Of a DNA stretch of 64,000 nucleotides, positions 8,073 through 15,807 are shown one piece after another. The stretch lies in NCBI GenBank assembly GCA_934167485.1, contig CAKPKL010000002.1, forward strand, positions 83,027-147,026, written 5' to 3'. The translations under genes were made by a program, and so were the position numbers. This DNA is from an uncultured Bacilli bacterium. Lineage in GTDB: Bacteria > Bacillota_I > Bacilli_A > RF39 > UBA660. Numbering within the stretch: the stretch's first letter is position 1; every line of letters starts with the position of its first letter. The notes under the pieces are model-generated. The model was not told the DNA's origin and did not search any database. It saw only the letters and a list, made by a program, of their open reading frames with translations.

Positions 8073-9537
8073 TTACTTCAGCTGCAAAATTTAATAGAGT
8101 AATAGCTGTTGCATTTTCAGAACCACCCAATGCTTTTCCTATACTTCTTGAATATAATTTTGAATAAATTATTGAGCCATCATCATTCCTATAAAATGTT
8201 CTATAGTATATTGATTTGTTTAAATGCTGTAAATCAAAAATATACTTAAAAACATTATAATTTGAACTAAAGCCACCCCCATAGTTCTCATCTTTTGCTT
8301 CTAATATGATTGCTCCTTTTGTATTATAATTTAAACTACTATAATCACTAGAGTTACTCATTATTTCATTGAACAAAGATTCTTCAAATATTAATACACC
8401 ATATTTTTTAAATTCATTCAATGGCATATTACTGGAAGTTGCTTTTTCTTTATCCTTATTACCAACAAAAAATTCAAAATTTAAAGGAAATTCTGTAAAC
8501 ATTTGACATCCTACTCTATAAAATTTATCTAACATATCTGCATCATCTGCATTTGTAATTGAAGAATCTAAAGTTGGATTATTGCTTGCTATTACTTGAG
8601 CTTTACTAGTTAAATTAGTCATATTTATATCTTTTTCTTCCAATACACTGTTTATTTTTATTTTATTTGTTTCACTTAAATAAAATGGCCAATTTTCTTG
8701 ACTAGCTTCTCCATAGTTTATTAATGAAATTAATACTTTTTGATTCTTTTCTGTTATTTTATCTGAATATAATATTTCTTTTGAATAATCTATTAAATTA
8801 TAATTATATTCTGATGATACAACACTTTCAGAATCTTTTATTCCTTCTATCTTTGTTTTAAAATTTCCAAATAAATAAAATATCATACTATTTACATCAT
8901 ACTCAAATACAAAATAATTTCCTTTTTTTACTGCTTTATCTAATACTATATTTTGAGTTTCTGTTGTATTAGCATTATTATATGCATAATAATAATCATT
9001 TGTTATATTTATTTTTAAATCTGTATATTCATTATATGTGTCTTTATTTATATAAAAATTTATTTTTAAATTCTTATCATATGATAATGAAATATAATCT
9101 ATTTTTAACCCTTCACTCTTATCTAAATTTACTAAATTCATTTCTCTTTTTTCTGTTATATCTATATCTTTTGACTTACTAGTTGTTATATCTATTTTAT
9201 TTCCATCGTATCTTTCTACTATATAATTTTCAAATAATAATTTATAGTCACTTACTTGACTATTTTCTATTTTATACCACCCATTTATTGGTTTATTTTT
9301 TGCTTGTATATCTAATTCATTTACATAGTATATTCCATCTTCTATTTGTTTATTATTTGATAATGAATCTGCTATATAATATTCTACTGCTTTTGCATAA
9401 TTATCAGCACTTATTTTTACTGAAGATTTTTTACTATCATCTATTATGTCTAGTACTATTGGTGTTGCTATAAGTGCAATTATAGCTAGTATTACTATAA
9501 CTGCTAAAAGTTCTATTAATGTAAATCCTTTTTTCAT
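8059..9537 (-). CDS. large type IV pilin-like protein (prepilin N-terminus plus about 450-aa unknown domain)
   Basis: MKKG/FTLIELLAVIVILAIIALIATPIVLDIIDDSKKSS, 492 aa. Confidence 0.8.
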   Translation of the reverse strand: MKKGFTLIELLAVIVILAIIALIATPIVLDIIDDSKKSSVKISADNYAKAVEYYIADSLSNNKQIEDGIYYVNELDIQAKNKPINGWYKIENSQVSDYKLLFENYIVERYDGNKIDITTSKSKDIDITEKREMNLVNLDKSEGLKIDYISLSYDKNLKINFYINKDTYNEYTDLKINITNDYYYAYNNANTTETQNIVLDKAVKKGNYFVFEYDVNSMIFYLFGNFKTKIEGIKDSESVVSSEYNYNLIDYSKEILYSDKITEKNQKVLISLINYGEASQENWPFYLSETNKIKINSVLEEKDINMTNLTSKAQVIASNNPTLDSSITNADDADMLDKFYRVGCQMFTEFPLNFEFFVGNKDKEKATSSNMPLNEFKKYGVLIFEESLFNEIMSNSSDYSSLNYNTKGAIILEAKDENYGGGFSSNYNVFKYIFDLQHLNKSIYYRTFYRNDDGSIIYSKLYSRSIGKALGGSENATAITLLNFAAEVNESD

Positions 9538-9640
9538 ATTTTTCTTCTTTCTATTTATACTTTGGGGTAAGATTCCCTCACCTAGTATTATTTTTATCTC
9601 TACTTTCGTATATTAACTATGTTTATTATACTAAAAAAGG

Positions 9641-9663
9641 ATTGAATAATCAATCACTTTCAT
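9641..9663. repeat. 23-bp direct repeat, copy 2 (native 3' end of rbfA)
   Basis: Exact match to 8050-8072. It covers codons ESD plus the TGA of rbfA and 9 nt downstream. Confidence 0.9.
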
Positions 9664-9985
9664 GTATCTCTTTTATTTTATCTTCTATATGTTTTCCATA
9701 TTCTATAGATTCATCATAAATAAATTCTAATTCTGGAACATGTCTTAATTCTACTCTATCAGCAAGCTCTCTTCTTATATAACCTTTTGCACTTTTAAGA
9801 GCTTTTAATGTTTCTATTTTGTCATCTAATGTTGTGAAATATATCTTAGCATAACTTAAGTCACTTGTAACATCAACAGCTGTTATTGTTACAAATTTTA
9901 TATTAGGATTTTTTACTTCGTTTGCTATTATATAACTCAATTCTTTTAAAACATTACTATTTATTCTTTCATTCTTTACTGACAT
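9650..9985 (-). CDS. rbfA: ribosome-binding factor A
   Basis: 111 aa, directly downstream of infB (1-nt overlap). Typical RbfA sequence (VTITAVDVTSDLSYAKIYF). Confidence 0.9.
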   Translation of the reverse strand: MSVKNERINSNVLKELSYIIANEVKNPNIKFVTITAVDVTSDLSYAKIYFTTLDDKIETLKALKSAKGYIRRELADRVELRHVPELEFIYDESIEYGKHIEDKIKEIHESD

Positions 9986-12081
9986 TATTTCTTCTCTACC
10001 ATCTCATAGGCTTCTATAACATCTCCAACTTTAATATCATTAAAATTGTTTATTGTTATACCACATTCTAAGCCTTTTTTAACTTCTTTCGCACTATCTT
10101 TTTCTCTTTGAATAGAATTAATTTCACCATCATATATAACAACGCTATCTCTTATTATACGTACTTTTGAATTTGATTTAATTACGCCATCTAAAACATA
10201 ACTACCTGCTATTGTTCCTACTTTAGAAAATTTAAATAATTGTCTTACTTCTGCACTACCAATTACTTTTTCTTCATATTCTGGATCTAACATACCTTTC
10301 ATTGCTGCTTCCATATCTTCTACTGCTTTATAAATTATATCGTAAAGTCTAATTTCTACACCTTTTTCTTTTGCATAATCTTTTATAGTATTATTTGGTC
10401 TTATATTAAATCCAATTATTATAGCATTAGATGCATTAGCAAGTACTATATCACTTTCAGTAATAGCTCCTACACTGCTTCTAAGTACTTTTACTTTAAC
10501 ACCCTCTACTTCTATTTTTTCTAAAGAATTTTTTACAGCTTCACTAGATCCATTTACATCTGCTTTTACAATTACATTAATTTCTTTTACACCTTCTTGT
10601 ATTTTAGCAAAAATATCTTCTAAAGATACCGTTCCTTTAGCATTTTGTTTTAAATGTTCTTCTTCTTTTCTAGCTTCCCCTATACTTCTAGCTTGTTTTT
10701 CTGTTTCAAAAGCCATAAATTTATCTCCAGCACTAGGTGTATTATTAAGCCCTGTAATTTCTACTGGTTGACTTGGATAAGCCTCTGTAATTTCCTCGCC
10801 TTTATCATTTTTAAGTGTTCTTACTTTACCATAACTTGTACCTACTACTATAGGATCTCCAAGTCTTAAAGTACCATTTTGTACAAGTATTGTAACTATA
10901 GGACCTACTTGTTTATCAAGTCTAGATTCAACTACACTACCACTTGCATAACGAGATGGATTTGCTTTATATCCTTCCATTTCTGATACCAATAATATAT
11001 TGTCTAATAATTCTTCTATTCCTGTTCCATTTTTAGCACTTATTTGTGAATATATTGTATCTCCACCCCAAGTATCTGGAGTAAGGTCATATTCTGCAAG
11101 CTCACTCATTACACGTTCTACATTAGCTCCAGGTTTATCTATCTTATTTATAGCTACAATAATTGGAACTCCAGCTGCTTTTGCATGGTCTATTGCTTCT
11201 TTTGTTTGTGGCATAACTCCATCATCTGCAGCTACTATTATAATAACTATATCAGTAATAGAAGCTCCACGTGCTCTCATTTCTGTAAAGGCTGCATGTC
11301 CTGGTGTATCTATAAATGTTATATATTCACCCTTTACTTTAACTTGATAAGCACTTATAGCTTGTGTTATTCCCCCAGCTTCTCCTTCTGCAACACTTGT
11401 TTTTCTAATTGTATCTAGTAAAGTAGTTTTACCATGATCAACATGTCCCATAATAGTAACTACTGGAGGTCTTTTAACTAAATCTTCTTCTTTATCTTGA
11501 ATATCAAATTCTTCAAATTTAGTTTCATCTATTATTTGTTCTTTTTGTAATTCTTTACCATATTCTGATACCAACAATTCAGCATTATCAAAATCAACTT
11601 TATTATTTACAGTAGCAAGTATACCTAACATAAATAATTTTTTTACAAGCTCTCCTGATGAAACATTTAACTCTTTTGCTAAATCACCAATAGTCATACC
11701 TTCCTTATAAGTTACTACGTTTGAATTTTGTACTGGTCCATTACTTATAAGTTTTTCTTTGTTTTTATACATTTCTTTTTTCTTTTTAGCTAATTCTTTT
11801 TTATTTGTTTTAGCTTTATTTATTACTTGAACCTGTTTTTTTTGTTTTGTATTACTTACTATACTTTCTTGTTTTTTATTTTCTTTTTCTATTAACTCTT
11901 CTTCATATTCTAAATCCATTTCTTCTTCTAAAGAAGAAATAGCTCCATCAAGTTCTGTAATAGCTTCTTCATCTAACATATCATCTTCATTTGAAACTGA
12001 TATATTTAACTTTTTACATAATTCTAATATTTCTTTTAAGGTTTTGTTTACATCTTGTGCGTATTCTAATACACTCATCAT
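9985..12081 (-). CDS. infB: translation initiation factor IF-2
   Basis: [17 protein letters not shown] and NKID GTPase motifs, 698 aa, operon position. Confidence 0.97.
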   Translation of the reverse strand: MMSVLEYAQDVNKTLKEILELCKKLNISVSNEDDMLDEEAITELDGAISSLEEEMDLEYEEELIEKENKKQESIVSNTKQKKQVQVINKAKTNKKELAKKKKEMYKNKEKLISNGPVQNSNVVTYKEGMTIGDLAKELNVSSGELVKKLFMLGILATVNNKVDFDNAELLVSEYGKELQKEQIIDETKFEEFDIQDKEEDLVKRPPVVTIMGHVDHGKTTLLDTIRKTSVAEGEAGGITQAISAYQVKVKGEYITFIDTPGHAAFTEMRARGASITDIVIIIVAADDGVMPQTKEAIDHAKAAGVPIIVAINKIDKPGANVERVMSELAEYDLTPDTWGGDTIYSQISAKNGTGIEELLDNILLVSEMEGYKANPSRYASGSVVESRLDKQVGPIVTILVQNGTLRLGDPIVVGTSYGKVRTLKNDKGEEITEAYPSQPVEITGLNNTPSAGDKFMAFETEKQARSIGEARKEEEHLKQNAKGTVSLEDIFAKIQEGVKEINVIVKADVNGSSEAVKNSLEKIEVEGVKVKVLRSSVGAITESDIVLANASNAIIIGFNIRPNNTIKDYAKEKGVEIRLYDIIYKAVEDMEAAMKGMLDPEYEEKVIGSAEVRQLFKFSKVGTIAGSYVLDGVIKSNSKVRIIRDSVVIYDGEINSIQREKDSAKEVKKGLECGITINNFNDIKVGDVIEAYEMVEKK

Positions 12082-12096
12082 AATTTACACCTCTTT

Positions 12097-12522
12097 CTAC
12101 AATTTTCTTATTTTAGTACCTGCCTCCGCTAAAAATCTTTTAGATAAGGCATCTGGATAATCTTGATCATAAACTATTTCTTTTATACCACTGCTTACTA
12201 AAAGTTTAGCACATATGTGGCATGGAAATGTAGTAATGTATGCAGTGCTTCCATCTATTTCAATACCATTTCTAGCAGCCTCACTGATTGCTAACTGCTC
12301 AGCACATATATTTCTGCATACTTCTCTTCTTTCTCCACTTGGTATTTTTAATTCATCTCTCAAACATCCCTGTTCTAAGCATGGCCTTATTCCACCTACA
12401 ACATTATTATATCCTTGAGCAATTATCTTATTATTTTTAACAAACACAGCCCCTACATGAGCACGTAAGCAAATAGACTTACTTGCTTGTTCATAGGCTT
12501 TATCCATATATTCCCTATCCAT
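12097..12522 (-). CDS. cytidine/deoxycytidylate deaminase-family protein with CAE...PCxxC zinc site and a Cys-containing insertion
   Basis: 141 aa with NICAEQLAI and FPCHICAK motifs. Insertion GGIRPCLEQGCLRDELKIPSGERREVC. Confidence 0.7.
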   Translation of the reverse strand: MDREYMDKAYEQASKSICLRAHVGAVFVKNNKIIAQGYNNVVGGIRPCLEQGCLRDELKIPSGERREVCRNICAEQLAISEAARNGIEIDGSTAYITTFPCHICAKLLVSSGIKEIVYDQDYPDALSKRFLAEAGTKIRKL

Positions 12523-12530
12523 AACCTCAC

Positions 12531-13010
12531 CTATAATTTAAATACTAATTCTTTTCCTTTTTGATTATATTTTCTATAAGGAATTCCACAAGCATCTAGC
12601 ATTTTTTTAGATGCTAAATTGCCTTCTGTACCATTATATTTATCGCTTAAATAAACAATTTCTTTAATTCCAGATTGAATTATAGCTTTAGCACACTCAT
12701 TACATGGAAAAAGTGTTACGTAAATTCTACATCCTTCAACTGAAGTTTTTGAATTTAAAATTGCATTTAACTCTGAATGACATACATATGCATACTTAGT
12801 ATCCAAGAAGTTTCCTTCTCTTTCCCAAGACATATTCTTATCATCATCATAACCACGAGGAGCTCCATTATATCCTACTGAAATTATTTTATTATCATCA
12901 TCTACTATGCAAGCTCCCACTTGTGAATTTGGATCTTTACTTCTTTCAGCAGAAAGAAGCGCTAACCCCATAAAATACTCTTCCCAAGTTATATAATCTT
13001 CTCTTTTCAT
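12531..13010 (-). CDS. comEB: dCMP deaminase (ComEB/DCTD-like)
   Basis: 159 aa with VCHSELNAI and FPCNECAKAI motifs and a WEEYFMGLA N-terminus. Confidence 0.8.
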   Translation of the reverse strand: MKREDYITWEEYFMGLALLSAERSKDPNSQVGACIVDDDNKIISVGYNGAPRGYDDDKNMSWEREGNFLDTKYAYVCHSELNAILNSKTSVEGCRIYVTLFPCNECAKAIIQSGIKEIVYLSDKYNGTEGNLASKKMLDACGIPYRKYNQKGKELVFKL

Positions 13011-13267
13011 ATTTCACCTACTAATTTTCTTAACTCATCATATATAGAATCAGGAACTTCAACCTCTAATTTTTTATTTAATATTTTATTTTTTTGAGCA
13101 ATATTAAATGTATTTAAATCTTTTTTTAAATAAGCACCTCTACCATTTGCTTTTCCTGTCTCATCAACAATTACATTTCCTTCTGGAGTTCTAACAACTC
13201 TTATTAGTTCTTTCTTAGGTAATTTTTCTAAAGTCACTACACATGATCTCATTGGTATCTTTTTCAT
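13007..13267 (-). CDS. ylxR: YlxR/RnpM-family RNA-binding protein (DUF448)
   Basis: MRSCVVT...LIRVV... GRGAYL motif. Lies immediately downstream of nusA. Confidence 0.8.
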   Translation of the reverse strand: MKKIPMRSCVVTLEKLPKKELIRVVRTPEGNVIVDETGKANGRGAYLKKDLNTFNIAQKNKILNKKLEVEVPDSIYDELRKLVGEI

Positions 13268-13274
13268 GACTCAC

Positions 13275-14459
13275 CTACTCTAAAATGTTTATTCCAGCTT
13301 CATGTACTTGTTCTATTGTTTTTATTTCTAAATTATAATGTGTAAGACGACTAGCAAGTTTTACATTTATACCTTTTTTACCTATAGCTAAACTTAAATT
13401 TTTATCATCAACTACAACCATAGTTTCTTTAGTTTTTTCATCTAATATAAATACTCTCAAATCTTTAGCAGGACTAAGTGCATTTTGTATAAATTCTACA
13501 GGATCTTTAGAATATTTTACAATATCTATTTTTTCGCCACCTAATTCATTTAATATATTAGCTATTCTTGTACCTCTTTCCCCTATACAAGCTCCAATTG
13601 GATCTACATTACTAATCTCAGAATATACGGCTATTTTAGTTCTGTTACCTGCTTCACGAGCTATACTATAAATAAGTACTGTTCCATCACTAATTTCTGG
13701 TATTTCAAGTTCAAATAATCTTTTTACAAAACCAAAATGTTTTCTACTTAAAAGTATTAAAGCACCCTTTGAATTAATATCAACTTTACTTATGTATACT
13801 TTTATTGTTGAACCCATTTGAATTTTTTCACCAGGTATTATTTCAGTCTTTGGAAGTAATCCTTGAGTTTTTCCTAAATCAATATAATAATTATTCTCAT
13901 CTTCCATTTCTACTGTACCTGACATCATTTCATCTTGTTTTTCACCAAATTCACGAGCTATATTATTTCTTTCTGCCTCACGAACTTTTTGAATTACAAC
14001 TTGTTTAGCAGTAGCAGCAGCAACTCTACCAAAATCCTTTGGAGTTACTTCTTCTTCTATAGTATCTCCAACTTTAATACTAGGATCTATTTTTCTAGCA
14101 TCTTCAAGCGTTATATGTATTTTATTATTAAATACAAATGGTCTATATCTAAATTCTTCTGGTAAATCTTCTAAGTCTTCATCTTCTAATTGCTCTTCTG
14201 TTAGAATTTCTTCATCAGCCATTGGAATATTATCTTCATCTAATGATTCTTTATGTTTTTCATCAAGCACTACTGTTTTAAATGAAAATAATTTAAAACG
14301 CATATTATCTTCATCATATTCTACTCTTCCATTTGGAAGTCCTGTTTGTTTTTTGTAAGCACTTAAAAGCGCTAAAGACATAGCTTCTATTATATAATCT
14401 TTATCTATACCTTCTTTTTCTAATATTTCTAGTGTTTTCTTAAATTCTTTACTATCCAT
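13275..14459 (-). CDS. nusA: transcription termination/antitermination factor NusA
   Basis: Start placed at MDSKEFKKTLEILEKE (the track ORF extends 11 codons further upstream). S1 and KH domains recognisable. Confidence 0.93.
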   Translation of the reverse strand: MDSKEFKKTLEILEKEGIDKDYIIEAMSLALLSAYKKQTGLPNGRVEYDEDNMRFKLFSFKTVVLDEKHKESLDEDNIPMADEEILTEEQLEDEDLEDLPEEFRYRPFVFNNKIHITLEDARKIDPSIKVGDTIEEEVTPKDFGRVAAATAKQVVIQKVREAERNNIAREFGEKQDEMMSGTVEMEDENNYYIDLGKTQGLLPKTEIIPGEKIQMGSTIKVYISKVDINSKGALILLSRKHFGFVKRLFELEIPEISDGTVLIYSIAREAGNRTKIAVYSEISNVDPIGACIGERGTRIANILNELGGEKIDIVKYSKDPVEFIQNALSPAKDLRVFILDEKTKETMVVVDDKNLSLAIGKKGINVKLASRLTHYNLEIKTIEQVHEAGINILE

Positions 14460-14460
14460 A

Positions 14461-14715
14461 TTATTCACATCCTTTCTCTTTAGAACATACATCTAATATA
14501 TAACTATTTTCTATGTAATCTACTTCATCTAATAATGGATCTACTATCCTAGTTACTGTAACACAATCTGATACATCTATAACACCATTCTTATCAATAA
14601 TAATTCTCAAATAATAATTATTATCCTCTTCTACATATAATACCTCATCTAATATAAAACCTGCTTCTTTTATTTTGTCTTCTATTAGATTTCTCACTTT
14701 AACTGCAATTTCCAT
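14461..14715 (-). CDS. rimP: RimP, N-terminal domain only (truncated relative to the usual ~150-aa protein)
   Basis: Start at MEIAVKV with GGAGGTG SD. It ends ...YILDVCSKEKGCE-stop, where other RimP proteins have LEVSSPG followed by a C-terminal domain. Confidence 0.6.
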   Translation of the reverse strand: MEIAVKVRNLIEDKIKEAGFILDEVLYVEEDNNYYLRIIIDKNGVIDVSDCVTVTRIVDPLLDEVDYIENSYILDVCSKEKGCE

Positions 14716-14736
14716 GAACACCTCCAAATTAATTTA

Positions 14737-14761
14737 AAGAGTGGGATTTTTTCCCACTCTT
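14737..14761 (-). promoter_or_regulatory. perfect 10-bp stem hairpin in the rimP-nusA leader
   Basis: AAGAGTGGGA-AAAAA-TCCCACTCTT, 11 nt upstream of the rimP SD. Only a weak T tract follows. Confidence 0.3.
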
Positions 14762-14854
14762 GCTTGCAACATACTAATTATATCATCTTTTATAGAAAAA
14801 TAAAAGATTTTTTTATTAAATTTTGGTATAATATATAATAGATATGGAGGATAT

Positions 14855-15559
14855 ATGGAAAAAAAACGTATTAATATAAAAAGCATTTTGACTGGTATCG
14901 GAGTAATTCTATTATATTTTATAGGTTCTTCTATATATACTAACATCCTAAATTTATTTGGTGTTAATTATAGTAAACTAAGTATTGCTGTTAAAAGTAT
15001 TTATTTAGGTTTTTATGAACTTATTTTAACTTTAATAATAGTATATATATACAAAAAAGATTTTATTCCTAATTTAAAAGATTTTATAAAAAATAATACT
15101 AAATATTTTAAAGAATATATAAAATACTGGTTTATGATGTTAGGCCTTATGATGATAGCGAATATCTTAATAACAAATTTTACGACATCACTTACATCAA
15201 ATAATCAACAAACTATTATGGATAACCTAAAAATAGCTCCTATATATACATTTGTAGTAACTGTATTTATAGCGCCTGTTCTAGAAGAATTAGTATTTAG
15301 ATTATCTTTTAGAAAGATATTTTATAAAAATGATATACTTTTTATAATTATCTCAGGACTTGTTTTTGGGTCTTTACATGTATTAGGAAGTTTTAATGCT
15401 CCTATTGATTTATTATTTATAATACCTTATAGTATCCCAGGATTTATATTTGCTTATATCTATTGTAAATCTAAAAATATATGTGTATCAATGAGTATTC
15501 ACTTTATACATAACGGTATTATGTTATTACTTTCTTTTATTTTATTTATGTTAACATAA
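14855..15559 (+). CDS. CPBP-family intramembrane glutamic endopeptidase (CAAX protease-like)
   Basis: 234 aa, polytopic. Motifs APVLEELVFR, FGSLH and HFIHN. Confidence 0.8.
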   Translation: MEKKRINIKSILTGIGVILLYFIGSSIYTNILNLFGVNYSKLSIAVKSIYLGFYELILTLIIVYIYKKDFIPNLKDFIKNNTKYFKEYIKYWFMMLGLMMIANILITNFTTSLTSNNQQTIMDNLKIAPIYTFVVTVFIAPVLEELVFRLSFRKIFYKNDILFIIISGLVFGSLHVLGSFNAPIDLLFIIPYSIPGFIFAYIYCKSKNICVSMSIHFIHNGIMLLLSFILFMLT

Positions 15560-15584
15560 AAAGGAAACTAAAATTTCCTTTTTA
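15558..15584. terminator. bidirectional hairpin terminator between convergent genes
   Basis: AAAAGGAAA-CTAAAA-TTTCCTTTT, with A/T runs on both sides. Confidence 0.5.
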
Positions 15585-15737
15585 TTAACCCATATCTTCT
15601 AGTTTTTTACTTGCTTTTTTCATAGCACTATCTGCTATATCCTCTAATTTTTCCATTACTGGCTCACTATATTTTTGGTAAGCTAGCACGGCTCCAGCAC
15701 CAACAGCTATTAAAGCCATCGATTTTACTATTTTCAT
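15585..15737 (-). CDS. small membrane-anchored protein, 50 aa (below the ORF-track cutoff)
   Basis: Manual translation: MKIVKSMALIAVGAGAVLAYQKYSEPVMEKLEDIADSAMKKASKKLEDMG. SD GAGGTGA lies 5 nt upstream and a terminator lies downstream. Confidence 0.5.
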   Translation of the reverse strand: MKIVKSMALIAVGAGAVLAYQKYSEPVMEKLEDIADSAMKKASKKLEDMG

Positions 15738-15749
15738 AATTTCACCTCA

Positions 15750-15803
15750 CTAGAAATATGACTTTGTATATAAATAAATTATATACATTTTTATTATTTC
15801 TAG
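15750..15803. repeat. 54-nt composite palindrome (outer 9-bp stem plus inner 9-bp stem)
   Basis: Outer stem CTAGAAATA (15750-58) pairs with TATTTCTAG (15795-803). Inner stem TGTATATAA (15765-73) pairs with TTATATACA (15779-87). Confidence 0.6.
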
Positions 15804-15807
15804 TTTT

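Noticed and set aside
14737-14761. The rimP leader hairpin as a bona fide intrinsic terminator.
   Set aside because: The stem is perfect, but the downstream sequence (TAAATTAATTT) is a poor U tract. It is kept only as a low-confidence regulatory feature.
14734-14946. 70-aa minus-strand ORF spanning the rimP/CPBP divergent intergenic region.
   Set aside because: It overlaps the start of the CPBP protease gene on the other strand and has no SD. It is explained by the leader hairpin and promoter region.
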